From Anaerolineae bacterium (lineage in GTDB: Bacteria; Chloroflexota; Anaerolineae; Aggregatilineales; J027): a stretch of 64,000 bases of DNA. How positions within the stretch are numbered: position 1 is the stretch's first letter; every line of letters begins with the position of its first letter. Below the pieces are notes generated by a model. The model ran no database searches, was not told where the DNA came from, and saw only the letters and a list, made by a program, of their open reading frames with translations. This document shows, one piece after another, positions 38,369 through 47,501 of the stretch. The translations under genes and the position numbers were made by a program. Location of the stretch: the NCBI GenBank assembly GCA_034437075.1, contig DAOTVD010000427.1, positions 7,307-71,306 of the forward strand. The letters run 5' to 3'.

Positions 38369-39823
38369 CTAAAATGCAAGCTGGTCAGCCGGAATTTCTT
38401 CCATACCAGCCCAGGGCATTCGTATCTCACGTACTTGTAGCCGTTTGCCAAAGCGTGACACCAACAGCAAGACGACAATCAGCAACAGAGACAGAGACGT
38501 CATGTAAACAGCTGTGTAACCCAGTGCGATGTTATCTGTAAGATATTGTGTCACATCTCGTAACAAACCACCACCTATCACGCCAAACCCTTGCGCCAAG
38601 CCTTGTACAATGCCCCAAATACCCAAGAACAGACCGGCATGACTGATGTCAGTTAAAGACATCACGAGAATGACGCTACCTACCAAGAAAATACCCCGCC
38701 CCAGGCTGACCAAGGCAATCCCAATACTGAAGGATTGCGCGGTTTCGATATGACTGGCCATTGAGATCATCCCAAACCCGAGAAGACCCACGACACAGCC
38801 AATCCCAATCAGCGAGACGGGTGAACGTTTTCGCCACAGCAAGAAACCGGCTGAACCGACACCGCCCATCATCATGACACCCCATAAAGCCGTGAGGGAC
38901 ATCGTCTCAGAGACACTCATGCCCAGCACTTCGCCTCCATAGGGTTCTAGCAACACGTCATGCGTCGCGAAGGCCATTGTGGCGATAAAGATCATCACAA
39001 ACAGCGCTTTGAGGACTTCTTGTTCACTCAAGCGTTGGAGTGATTCACGCAGCGATAAGCGAACGCGCACCGTTTCGACGCGCGAGATCACGCGCCCGTT
39101 GGGCATTAAGCGTTCTTGCCCCCACAGCGCGATAACCGTTAGGATGACGAAAATAACAGCGGAAAGCTGCATCACTTGAATCAGCAATTGGTGCGAGTAG
39201 TTGATGAGCGCCGCGCTAACGATCACCGCACTCACGACTGTGCCCATGATGAGCATCACCCATAAGACGGTAATAACTTTGCCGCGTTCTTCTGGCGGAG
39301 TAATGTCGCTGACAATGGCAAGATAAACCGTTTCAACGATATTGATCCCGATACCGTACGCCAGGAAAATCCCCAGGCAAATGAACAAGGCTGGCCAAAA
39401 CCCAATGCTGCCATCGCCACTGAGCAAAATCAGGGCAAAGGGCGCGCAGGCCAAACCGCCAAAGGTCAACATGACACCAAAGACAAGATAGGGTGTCCGC
39501 CAATGGCCCGCTGACCGGGCTTTATCCGAGTGATAGCCGATCATGACGCGCACGGGTGAAACAAAATAATGCATCGCGATCAGTACACCCACCGCCACTG
39601 CCGGAATTTGCAAATCGGTAATAAGTACACGGTTCAGCGTGCCGGTAATCGGCGCCAGAGAAAGCCCCACACCAAATTGAATAAGCCCCAAGCGCAGAAT
39701 ACGTGCCCACCATTGGGCGTTGGGGTGCGCCTCGAACCATTCTGCTAATGTATCCAGCCCATTTTGCAAAGGGCGTGCGAGCAAAAGCAAGAGCGCTAAC
39801 AATGGTTTCGGTATCGTGTTCAT
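38369..39823 (-). CDS. pucC: PucC/LhaA (BCD) family MFS protein, copy 2
   Basis: LRLGLIQFGVGLSLAPITGTLNRVLITDLQIPA...AMHYFVSPVRVMIGYHSDK...HWRTPYL. It lies directly downstream of bchZ. Confidence 0.8.
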   Translation of the reverse strand: MNTIPKPLLALLLLLARPLQNGLDTLAEWFEAHPNAQWWARILRLGLIQFGVGLSLAPITGTLNRVLITDLQIPAVAVGVLIAMHYFVSPVRVMIGYHSDKARSAGHWRTPYLVFGVMLTFGGLACAPFALILLSGDGSIGFWPALFICLGIFLAYGIGINIVETVYLAIVSDITPPEERGKVITVLWVMLIMGTVVSAVIVSAALINYSHQLLIQVMQLSAVIFVILTVIALWGQERLMPNGRVISRVETVRVRLSLRESLQRLSEQEVLKALFVMIFIATMAFATHDVLLEPYGGEVLGMSVSETMSLTALWGVMMMGGVGSAGFLLWRKRSPVSLIGIGCVVGLLGFGMISMASHIETAQSFSIGIALVSLGRGIFLVGSVILVMSLTDISHAGLFLGIWGIVQGLAQGFGVIGGGLLRDVTQYLTDNIALGYTAVYMTSLSLLLIVVLLLVSRFGKRLQVREIRMPWAGMEEIPADQLAF

Positions 39824-39829
39824 CGTGTG

Positions 39830-41311
39830 TTACTCTCTTTGCGCTTCCAATATTTGAGCAGCAAATTCGGACGTCACTTCCGTGTGTCCTTGAGCGGTAG
39901 CCGCGCTTTCCACTTGCATTTGTAATTCTCGGCTAGCGGAAATCCGCGCTAAATACGGCATTTTTTCTAGGATGGCATCTAACAAGGCTTTGGCATCTTT
40001 GTCCCAGGGGAGGTTTCCCCCGGCTTTAGGCTGCGGTGGGCCTGCGGGCGCTTTTTGGGCGGCATAGGCACTATCCAAGGGCAGGAAGTTATACAAGGCT
40101 TCGTATAAGCGATTGACGATTTCCTGAATGATATGCACTGTTCCGCGATAGCCCATAAAGGGCGTACCCACCGAGCGGCGCACAATCGGCCCCGGAAAGG
40201 CTGCCGGGATAAAGTTTGTATGCTTCGCGCCGCCTTCGCTCAGATAGATTTTTTCATTGATTGAGCCGAAGAAAAATCCAGGCGGGCGCGTGTGTAACAA
40301 ATGGCGTAGCGCCTCGGTATCCATATCATCGGGCCGGCGGGGCCGCGTTACGGCAACCGTAATCGGCATGCCGAGTTCATCGCCGAGATAGGCCTGCAAG
40401 CCTTCGACATAAGTTCGGGTCGCTACGACACCAATTGTTGTGGTGCCAAACCAATCGCCCTGCGGGCCTTTCCACAAGTCCCACACAGCTTGCAGCGTGG
40501 TCTGTTTTTCGTGTTGCATAAAAGCACGCGCTTGCTCCGATATACCGAGCCACTCGCCCAATTGATGGACAAATTCATTGGTTGCCCGAATACCTATCGG
40601 GGCATGCAGCCATTTATCACCGAGCGCAGCGGCCAGGGTATGGCCAAACTCTTGATACATGACTACATTGATTTCTGCTTTGGCAAGTTGGGCAATATCC
40701 GCAAGTTTGGACTCCGCCGGGAAAACCATATTCACGCGCCCACCTGCGCCTTCGATCAAGCGCCGGACTTCGTGCAAATCGGATGGCGAGTTAAAGCACC
40801 CATAGGTCGGGCCGATGATATTTACCAGCCCCGGTTCAGGTTGTATATCGGCGGCGGCTTGCGCGCCATAAGTATCCCACAACCACTTGAGCACGCGGTC
40901 ACGGCCCGTCCATTCATCCTCATTCAAGGATTCACTATGAAAGAAGGTCGTACCCGGCGCCAATTGGCCTACCATATCGGATAAATCCGAGCCGATCATT
41001 TCGCTTTCGGCAGTCGAGATGACGATTAGATACTTGCCATCAAGCAAGCCTTGATCGCGCAAATCTTCGTAGGTGCGCTGGACTGCCGGGCCGGTGCCAG
41101 TGCCGCCAACTTCGTCCTGGGTGATGACCGAAGGCGTGATGTTCTCAATATGCGGGATGGCATCTGTATAATCCGGTACCGCTGTAGCGACCAGATTAAA
41201 ACAGCCTATCGGCGCATCGCAGATGACATGCACATCGGGCATGGGGCAGATGCTCCATACCGCCGCCCAGTAGCTACTGGTTTCGGGTAAATCACGAATC
41301 ACGCGCGGCAT
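39830..41311 (-). CDS. bchZ: Chlorophyllide a reductase subunit Z
   Basis: SYWAAVWSICPMPDVHVICDAPIGCFNL...YTDAIPH fits the BchZ N-terminus by eye. It follows bchY. The start could be at 41311 or 41347. Confidence 0.85.
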   Translation of the reverse strand: MPRVIRDLPETSSYWAAVWSICPMPDVHVICDAPIGCFNLVATAVPDYTDAIPHIENITPSVITQDEVGGTGTGPAVQRTYEDLRDQGLLDGKYLIVISTAESEMIGSDLSDMVGQLAPGTTFFHSESLNEDEWTGRDRVLKWLWDTYGAQAAADIQPEPGLVNIIGPTYGCFNSPSDLHEVRRLIEGAGGRVNMVFPAESKLADIAQLAKAEINVVMYQEFGHTLAAALGDKWLHAPIGIRATNEFVHQLGEWLGISEQARAFMQHEKQTTLQAVWDLWKGPQGDWFGTTTIGVVATRTYVEGLQAYLGDELGMPITVAVTRPRRPDDMDTEALRHLLHTRPPGFFFGSINEKIYLSEGGAKHTNFIPAAFPGPIVRRSVGTPFMGYRGTVHIIQEIVNRLYEALYNFLPLDSAYAAQKAPAGPPQPKAGGNLPWDKDAKALLDAILEKMPYLARISASRELQMQVESAATAQGHTEVTSEFAAQILEAQRE

Positions 41312-42566
41312 CAGCAGGCTCCATAAAGAACTCTTGCATCCACTCATAGCGATGCGTGCGGTCGAGCGTTTGGCGGATAAAAGCTAAAGTCGCAGCCATG
41401 CCCCCGCTTAAGAAAAAGGGCCGCGAGGCAAGTTGATTGGTGAAATACATGGCCGGGATACCGCGCTTTTTAGCTTCGGCACAGAATGGCGTCGTTCCGA
41501 GTACAAGATCGGGTTTATATTCATCCAGCGCTGCGACATCATCTTCTAAAGATTTACGATAGACGATGTCGCGCGTACCACGGGCCTTTAGCCAACTTTC
41601 ATCCGGCAAAACAAGCGGGTCGGAGCCAATCGACGTTGAGACAAACGGCACCTCGGCGCCAGCTTCCACCAGCAACCGCGCATAGGCTAGTTCGCTACCT
41701 TCATAGCCCGTTACCAGAATACGCCCAGATAGCGGCTGAGCATCCACAATGGCTTGAGCTTGGGCGCGCTCGGCGTCTGCCACGGTTTCGACTTGTTCGG
41801 GATCAAGATCGAGCAGCGAACCTATCGCTTTCAACCAGGCATACGTGCCGGAAATCCCGACCGGCGCCCCACCAACCACCGACAAGCCCCATTCGCGAAA
41901 GGCGCTGACCGTCTGCTTATAGAACGGATGCAACGACGCCACCGCGCCAAAACGGGCGGCACGGCGTAAGTCTTCCAACGAGCGCCCAGGTAAGGTGATC
42001 GTGGATGTTACGCCCATTTGACGCAGCAAGCCGTCAATGGCGAGGGGGTCTGCCGGGAAGACTTCACCCAGCAAGACTAGCGATTTTTCCTCGCGCGGGC
42101 CTTCGGTATTCCCAAGGCGCCGCACCAACGCATTCAGGGCCACGTCTTTGGTTTCGGGGTGCGAATGGATCGCGTAGGCGGGCACGCGCACCAGGACAAC
42201 ATCTGCGCCATTTACCTGTTGGGGTAACATTTCCTCGGGCAAGCCCGCCGTTTCAGCCACACAGAGCGAAATCACGGGGATGAGTTCGCAGCCGGGTTCC
42301 TGCGCGGCAACATCAATCGCCGCGCGGGTCGCTTCCACGACCTGACCAGACATCAACTCTTCTACCCCCAGATGCGCCGCCAAAATGGACTTTCGCGCGC
42401 CGTAAAAGTGCGTCACGAATTTAAGCCCATACAGGCAGCCCGTATCGCTGGCCATCACGGGGTGCGAACCCTCGATACGGGTCAGGATGCGCAGAGCACC
42501 AAAGGCTGGGCACATCGACTGCGGGTGAAGTTGACAAACTTTCTTTTGGGGCTGCGATGTTTGCAT
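41292..42566 (-). CDS. bchY: Chlorophyllide a reductase subunit Y
   Basis: LHPQSMCPAFGALRILTRI....SDTGCLYGLKFVTHFYGARKS is the BchY hallmark. Confidence 0.85.
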   Translation of the reverse strand: MQTSQPQKKVCQLHPQSMCPAFGALRILTRIEGSHPVMASDTGCLYGLKFVTHFYGARKSILAAHLGVEELMSGQVVEATRAAIDVAAQEPGCELIPVISLCVAETAGLPEEMLPQQVNGADVVLVRVPAYAIHSHPETKDVALNALVRRLGNTEGPREEKSLVLLGEVFPADPLAIDGLLRQMGVTSTITLPGRSLEDLRRAARFGAVASLHPFYKQTVSAFREWGLSVVGGAPVGISGTYAWLKAIGSLLDLDPEQVETVADAERAQAQAIVDAQPLSGRILVTGYEGSELAYARLLVEAGAEVPFVSTSIGSDPLVLPDESWLKARGTRDIVYRKSLEDDVAALDEYKPDLVLGTTPFCAEAKKRGIPAMYFTNQLASRPFFLSGGMAATLAFIRQTLDRTHRYEWMQEFFMEPADAARDS

Positions 42567-42587
42567 CAGTGAGACTCTTTCTAGTGA

Positions 42588-43199
42588 TTATTCTTCGGGC
42601 TCGCGTCCGCCGACCAAACGACTTTGGTAAGCTTGCAGGCCATCGACATCACCATCTACAAGGTATTGGGCTTGTTTAGGCCAAGTCTCGGCATCGCCGA
42701 CAATCCGCACGCCGTGTTCTTCTTTCACGATGCGTTCTAGTTCGGCAGCGTCCATGCTGGCGATCTGCGCAAAGGTCGTAATCCCGCTGGCTGCGAGCGC
42801 GTCGGCGGTTTTGGGGCCGACGCCTTCAATCAAGGTCAGCTTGTCTGCTTCGGGAATACTGGCTTGTTTGGAAGACGTCTTTACCTCGGCAACGGCGCCT
42901 TTAGGTGCCGCAACTTGAGGCTTACCTGCGGTGCTGGCAACCTGCGGTGATACGACGGGAGCCGCCGAAATTTTGGGGGCCACGGTTACATCACCATCAG
43001 TAAACAGGATTTCATCGCGGGCGGGCGTCATGGCAGCATACGGCTTACGCGGTTGCGGGCCGCCTAATGCTCGGCGCAGATACGTCCGACGCGCGTCCAG
43101 GTCGGTCATGGCGGCAAAGAGGACGAACCCCAAGACCGTCACTAAAAGCGGCGCGTAGCAAAACGCGATACCAGTTAAAGGAACACCGTCAAGAAACAT
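42588..43199 (-). CDS. Membrane-anchored protein with a C-terminal helix-hairpin-helix module, function unknown
   Basis: An N-terminal TM is followed by a Pro/Ala-rich linker. Then comes LTLIEGVGPKTADALAASGITTFAQIA...AETWPKQAQYLVDGDVDGLQAYQSRLVGGR, a recurrent HhH-type module of uncharacterised proteins. Confidence 0.55.
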   Translation of the reverse strand: MFLDGVPLTGIAFCYAPLLVTVLGFVLFAAMTDLDARRTYLRRALGGPQPRKPYAAMTPARDEILFTDGDVTVAPKISAAPVVSPQVASTAGKPQVAAPKGAVAEVKTSSKQASIPEADKLTLIEGVGPKTADALAASGITTFAQIASMDAAELERIVKEEHGVRIVGDAETWPKQAQYLVDGDVDGLQAYQSRLVGGREPEE

Positions 43200-43212
43200 G
43201 GGTTTCTCCGAT

Positions 43213-43941
43213 CTATTCTAAGCTCTCACGATGGGCATACGAGGGCATAATTACCTCTCGCATTTTTTTCGGATCAATACGGAAATTCTCCACAAGTTCG
43301 ACGATGTACTGAAAATGATGCTGTGGAATAGAAACGAACATCTCGCCGCCCGCCACCTTGTTAAAGGCGCGCCCGCCACCATCCCCCAAGGCATAAACAC
43401 TGTTGCCAGTGTGCCAGGGCGCGGCAAAAATGGACGAACAAGCCGAGGGGCCAAGCTCGCCATGCGGGAAGGTGCCTTCGCGAACAGATGCCGCTCCGGC
43501 AATTTGCATAGCTTGTTGGGCGTTACAAACCGCCACCACCAGATCAACCGGGACGCCTGCGGGCACTTGGTCGAGCGGTGCGGCGGCTAACGCTTGTACT
43601 GTTCCCTGGGGCAGAGAATAGCTTTGCTGCTTATTGCAGCGTGCGCCTTGCTCAGTGAAAAAACCCTGGGCCATGGTCAAGTATTCGCCCTCGGTGATAA
43701 AGTCATCTGCTTCGGGATGTAACCCCAGGTGATATTGCCCCACCAAGCAATCATGGTGTTGGGCATCGACATATACATGTCGGCCTTGCTCGGCCAAATG
43801 CACGATCATACAAGCAACCACATCGACAGGTTCATAGCCTGCGGGTGGGTCATCTTGGCAAAACGTAATAGCGACAGGTTGGCGCTTGAGGCGCATTTTA
43901 TTGACGAGAATGTCGTTGAGATACACTAAATCAAAAGTCAT
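43213..43941 (-). CDS. DUF169-family protein
   Basis: The ~240-aa protein carries L..PVAITF...P.G, C.......G, and an aromatic/Gly-rich C-terminal half typical of DUF169 as I recall it. GAGGAGG lies 8 nt upstream of the ATG at 43941. Confidence 0.55.
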   Translation of the reverse strand: MTFDLVYLNDILVNKMRLKRQPVAITFCQDDPPAGYEPVDVVACMIVHLAEQGRHVYVDAQHHDCLVGQYHLGLHPEADDFITEGEYLTMAQGFFTEQGARCNKQQSYSLPQGTVQALAAAPLDQVPAGVPVDLVVAVCNAQQAMQIAGAASVREGTFPHGELGPSACSSIFAAPWHTGNSVYALGDGGGRAFNKVAGGEMFVSIPQHHFQYIVELVENFRIDPKKMREVIMPSYAHRESLE

Positions 43942-43954
43942 AATGGCCGCCTCC

Positions 43955-45136
43955 TCAGTGATAAGATGGTGCGTCGATATAACGCACATCAATTTGCGAG
44001 AAGGTCTGCCCGGTGCGCAACAACGCGGACAAAAAAGCGGCTTTTTCGTTTAAGTCATGCGGGTCACCGATCATGATTTCAGTCGCGCCAGAGGTCACCG
44101 TGATGCCCTCTTTAACATTGCGATCTAAACCCGTGACATGGATGCCGATAGCCTCCATCATTTCTTGCACTTTAAGCTGCAAGGGATCGGTCGTGTGTAC
44201 CTGACGCATGGGCATCAGCGGAATTTCAAATAGGGTTTGTGCTTTTGGGCCGGATGCGTCGCTAAACAGATCGGCATCGCTGGCGGATGCTGGCACGCCG
44301 GGCGGTTCCTGGGCATCAAACACGGCCAAAAACTCATCATAGTCCAACGGGTGAAAATCACGCGCAGGCGGGATTTCATCGCGGGCAATGCGTCCGGCCA
44401 GGTCGCCAAAGAGCCTATCGAATTCATCGACCTCAAAAGCGAGCTTACAACCATCCGCCAGTACACGCACCCGATGATTCAGTGGCACGCGCGTCAGAAT
44501 GGGTAAGCCAGAAGCCGCCGCAAAGCGGTCTGCCGTATCCGTGCCATCATCGCGATTGACGATAAGCCCCAAAATTTGGGTCGTGCCACCCATCGACTGA
44601 AAATACTGCGTCGCTTTGGCGATATTGTTTGCCGCGTAGAGCGATTGGCGGTCATGCCCCACCACGATAATGACCTGTTCGGCCAGAGAACGCGCCAGAG
44701 GGGTTGCAAACCCGCCGCACACGACATCACCGAGGAAGTCCATCACGATGAAATCCAGATTCCAACGATCCAGACCCAAGCGTTCGAGCACCTTAAAACC
44801 ATGTGTGATGCCCTGGCCGCCACAGCCGCGCCCCACTTCTGGGCCGCCAATTTCGCAGCCAAAGATGGGCACACCGGGCGCAAGTTCATTCCGAAAGATC
44901 ACATCGCCAACCTGCATGGCGTCTTCTGTGCCAGCTTCTTTGTGCTCGCGCCAGACATCGCCCAGCGTGGGCAACGAATGGCCATCGAAAATCGTGTTGC
45001 AAGAATCATGTTTAGGGTCACAACCCAGTTGTAAAACGCGGTGACCGTCTAGCGCCAAACGCGCGGTTAAGTTGGAGGTGGTAAAGCTTTTGCCGATACC
45101 ACCCTTGCCATAAATGGCGAGCATACGTGCCGTCAT
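43955..45136 (-). CDS. bchX: Chlorophyllide a reductase iron protein subunit X with a ~105-aa C-terminal extension
   Basis: AIYGKGGIGKS, GGPEVGRGCGGQGITHGF, DFLGDVVCGGF and NRDDGT. ATGA overlap with the bchC stop. Confidence 0.85.
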   Translation of the reverse strand: MTARMLAIYGKGGIGKSFTTSNLTARLALDGHRVLQLGCDPKHDSCNTIFDGHSLPTLGDVWREHKEAGTEDAMQVGDVIFRNELAPGVPIFGCEIGGPEVGRGCGGQGITHGFKVLERLGLDRWNLDFIVMDFLGDVVCGGFATPLARSLAEQVIIVVGHDRQSLYAANNIAKATQYFQSMGGTTQILGLIVNRDDGTDTADRFAAASGLPILTRVPLNHRVRVLADGCKLAFEVDEFDRLFGDLAGRIARDEIPPARDFHPLDYDEFLAVFDAQEPPGVPASASDADLFSDASGPKAQTLFEIPLMPMRQVHTTDPLQLKVQEMMEAIGIHVTGLDRNVKEGITVTSGATEIMIGDPHDLNEKAAFLSALLRTGQTFSQIDVRYIDAPSYH

Positions 45137-46122
45137 GAGGTTGCCTCCTCGGTTGTGTGTGATGTGGCGTTCCATTCGAGGACAAGCTTCAGACAGTCCA
45201 AATCATTCAGAGCGATGTCATAAGCCGTGGTAATGTCCGTGATCGGTAAGGTGTGGGTCAAAAGCGGCGCGCCATCCAGCGCCCCATCCGCGAGCATATC
45301 GCGGCTACGCGGCAAATCATCCGGCCCCCATTCTTTGGCCGTGAGCAAACGCGCTTCTTTCAAAAAGAGCGGCATATAAGGCATATCGAGATTTTGGTAG
45401 TAACCGAGTAGCAAAATCGTGCCGCCGTTATCGAGATGCGGCAGCGCCGCCGTGAGCGCGCTCATGGAGCCGCTCGCTTCGATAATCGATTGCACGGGCG
45501 CATCGAGTACGTCATCAAGTGAGGTTTCATCCACGTTGATGATCTTATCTGCTACCGCACATGATAACCGGGCGGGGTTTTTATCCGTCACGGCAACCCA
45601 GGCGCCACGTTGCATGGCGATGCGTGCGGCCAACTGCCCGACTGGCCCCTGGCCGATCACAAGCACGCGCGACTCTGGGGCTGGGTCGAGGACATCAACG
45701 CCATGCAGCGAAGTTGCGGTCAGGGCCAGCAAAACACCGTGGCGCGGGTCAAGATCGCCCAAGGGAATCAGGCGGTCAACGTCCGTGAACAAATATTGCG
45801 ATTGGCCGCCCCAGGCGCCGTTGATGCCATCGTAGCACATCGCGCCACCGACATAGACCCAGCGTCCGAGCCATTCATCGGGGACATCATCGCCCGTTTC
45901 GATGACCTGGCCAACTGTTTCGTAGCCCGGCACGACCGGCAATTGCAACATCGGATGAGGCATCTGGCCACCAAGCAACATACGCTCGGTGCCTGCGCTA
46001 ATGGATGTGTATACGGTTTGGATAAGTGCATCACGCGGCCCTAGTGGGCGCAAAGCAACCTCTTGCAAGGCAACTTCGCCCGGGCCTGTGATGACGACAG
46101 CACGGGATTTCACAATCGGCAC
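45133..46122 (-). CDS. bchC: 3-hydroxyethyl bacteriochlorophyllide a dehydrogenase (zinc-ADH fold)
   Basis: MDR-type pattern (PVVPGYETVGQV, VIGQGPVGQLAARIA). It sits between bchF and bchX. Confidence 0.8.
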   Translation of the reverse strand: MPIVKSRAVVITGPGEVALQEVALRPLGPRDALIQTVYTSISAGTERMLLGGQMPHPMLQLPVVPGYETVGQVIETGDDVPDEWLGRWVYVGGAMCYDGINGAWGGQSQYLFTDVDRLIPLGDLDPRHGVLLALTATSLHGVDVLDPAPESRVLVIGQGPVGQLAARIAMQRGAWVAVTDKNPARLSCAVADKIINVDETSLDDVLDAPVQSIIEASGSMSALTAALPHLDNGGTILLLGYYQNLDMPYMPLFLKEARLLTAKEWGPDDLPRSRDMLADGALDGAPLLTHTLPITDITTAYDIALNDLDCLKLVLEWNATSHTTEEATS

Positions 46123-46127
46123 TTTCG

Positions 46128-46592
46128 TTAAGTCGCTGACGCTTGGAGGCGCTGCTTACGCGCGCGCAACCCACGCCAGAAGAACTGCGCAAAGTTAATC
46201 AGGTAAGTGATATAGGCCACGAGCATCAGGGTCATGATACCATCATGCGACCAACCCAGCAGCAACGCGACGAAATACAAGTTATGCATGAACATCGCAA
46301 CGGCGTTAAACGCATCTTCCCAGAAAAATTCCGGGGCCAAGAACCATTTGCCATAGACTTCTTTTTCCCAGAACATGCCTGTGATCGTGATCAGCCAGAG
46401 CATTGCAATTTTAATCAGCACGCTCAGATTAGCGATGGTGTAGCCATCTCCAGTAGTCAGATAACGCACGATCAAAATTAGGCTGACGATAAACGTTAGG
46501 AATTGAAGCGGGGCCAGCACGGTCTGCACCAGCGTCCATTTGCTGGTTTGGCGTTTATGCATTTGTTCTTGGGTATAGGTCACTTTGGTCAT
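46128..46592 (-). CDS. bchF: Chlorophyllide a 3(1)-hydratase (2-vinyl bacteriochlorophyllide hydratase)
   Basis: This 154-aa membrane protein has WT.VQ..LAP.QF and FWEDAFN..MF. Its size and context are typical of BchF. Confidence 0.8.
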   Translation of the reverse strand: MTKVTYTQEQMHKRQTSKWTLVQTVLAPLQFLTFIVSLILIVRYLTTGDGYTIANLSVLIKIAMLWLITITGMFWEKEVYGKWFLAPEFFWEDAFNAVAMFMHNLYFVALLLGWSHDGIMTLMLVAYITYLINFAQFFWRGLRARKQRLQASAT

Positions 46593-46610
46593 TGTATTCA
46601 GCTTTCTAAC

Positions 46611-47501
46611 CTAAACGTTCAAAAAGTCACGTAAAATCGCGTGGAATTCGGCGGGTTTTTCTAGCATGGGCATATGCCCGCAGTCTTCGATCCAGATGAC
46701 CTGGCTACCGGGGATATGCTCCACGGTGTAATCGACATTTTGCGGTGGCATCAGCCGATCTTGGCGACAAGCGACAAGCAATGTCGGCACATGCACGCGA
46801 GCGCCCGCTGCGGGAATCGCTTTGGTGGGCGCATCGTGGGCACACGCTGCCGCTGTGGCGCCATCCAATTGCAGATAATCCAAGAAGCCGCGCCGTAACA
46901 GGTCATCATTTTTGGGAATGTGATGAAAATAGCGGCTGGCCATCATGTACGATAGTCCGGGGACATCGGCCAACCAATCGGGCCGGAACATCATCGTCAC
47001 GCGGAAGACTTTCATCACCGTGCGGTAAACTTGTTCTTCCAGATCGCGCACAAAAAAGCTCAAGGACGTGAGCAAGAGTCGCTCGACGCGGTCAGGCTGC
47101 GCGTCAGACACCAGCAACGCCATGGCGCTGCCCATCGAATGACCCACAACCTGGACCTGGTCTAGCGAAAGCGTATCTAGGAGGTATAACAAGGTGTTGA
47201 CCTGATCGAACAAATTCTGGGCCGTATTAACGGGTTGCGAACGGCCCGTTCCGGGCAGGTCTGGAACAACCACCGGCACTGTACGCGACAATTGCGCGGC
47301 GGTGTCTTCCCAATAGGTTCCCGTGCCGCCCCAGCCATGGATCAATAAAATCGGCGGCGCGTCAATCGGACTATGCGGCTCCCAAACATCGACTACTAGC
47401 GGCCCCTGAGGGGGGTGTAGTGTGATCGTATGTTTGCAAGCCTCGGGTAAATGTACGGATACAGTATCCGAAGCAGATGGCGCTGGGTGATTCATCATCA
47501 T
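46611..47501 (-). CDS. bchO: Alpha/beta hydrolase, BchO-like
   Basis: ILLIHGWGGTGTYW, VGHSMGSAMAL and a C-terminal CGHMPMLE. The start is placed at MMMNHP (ATGA overlap with the upstream stop) rather than the track start at 47630. Confidence 0.5.
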   Translation of the reverse strand: MMMNHPAPSASDTVSVHLPEACKHTITLHPPQGPLVVDVWEPHSPIDAPPILLIHGWGGTGTYWEDTAAQLSRTVPVVVPDLPGTGRSQPVNTAQNLFDQVNTLLYLLDTLSLDQVQVVGHSMGSAMALLVSDAQPDRVERLLLTSLSFFVRDLEEQVYRTVMKVFRVTMMFRPDWLADVPGLSYMMASRYFHHIPKNDDLLRRGFLDYLQLDGATAAACAHDAPTKAIPAAGARVHVPTLLVACRQDRLMPPQNVDYTVEHIPGSQVIWIEDCGHMPMLEKPAEFHAILRDFLNV

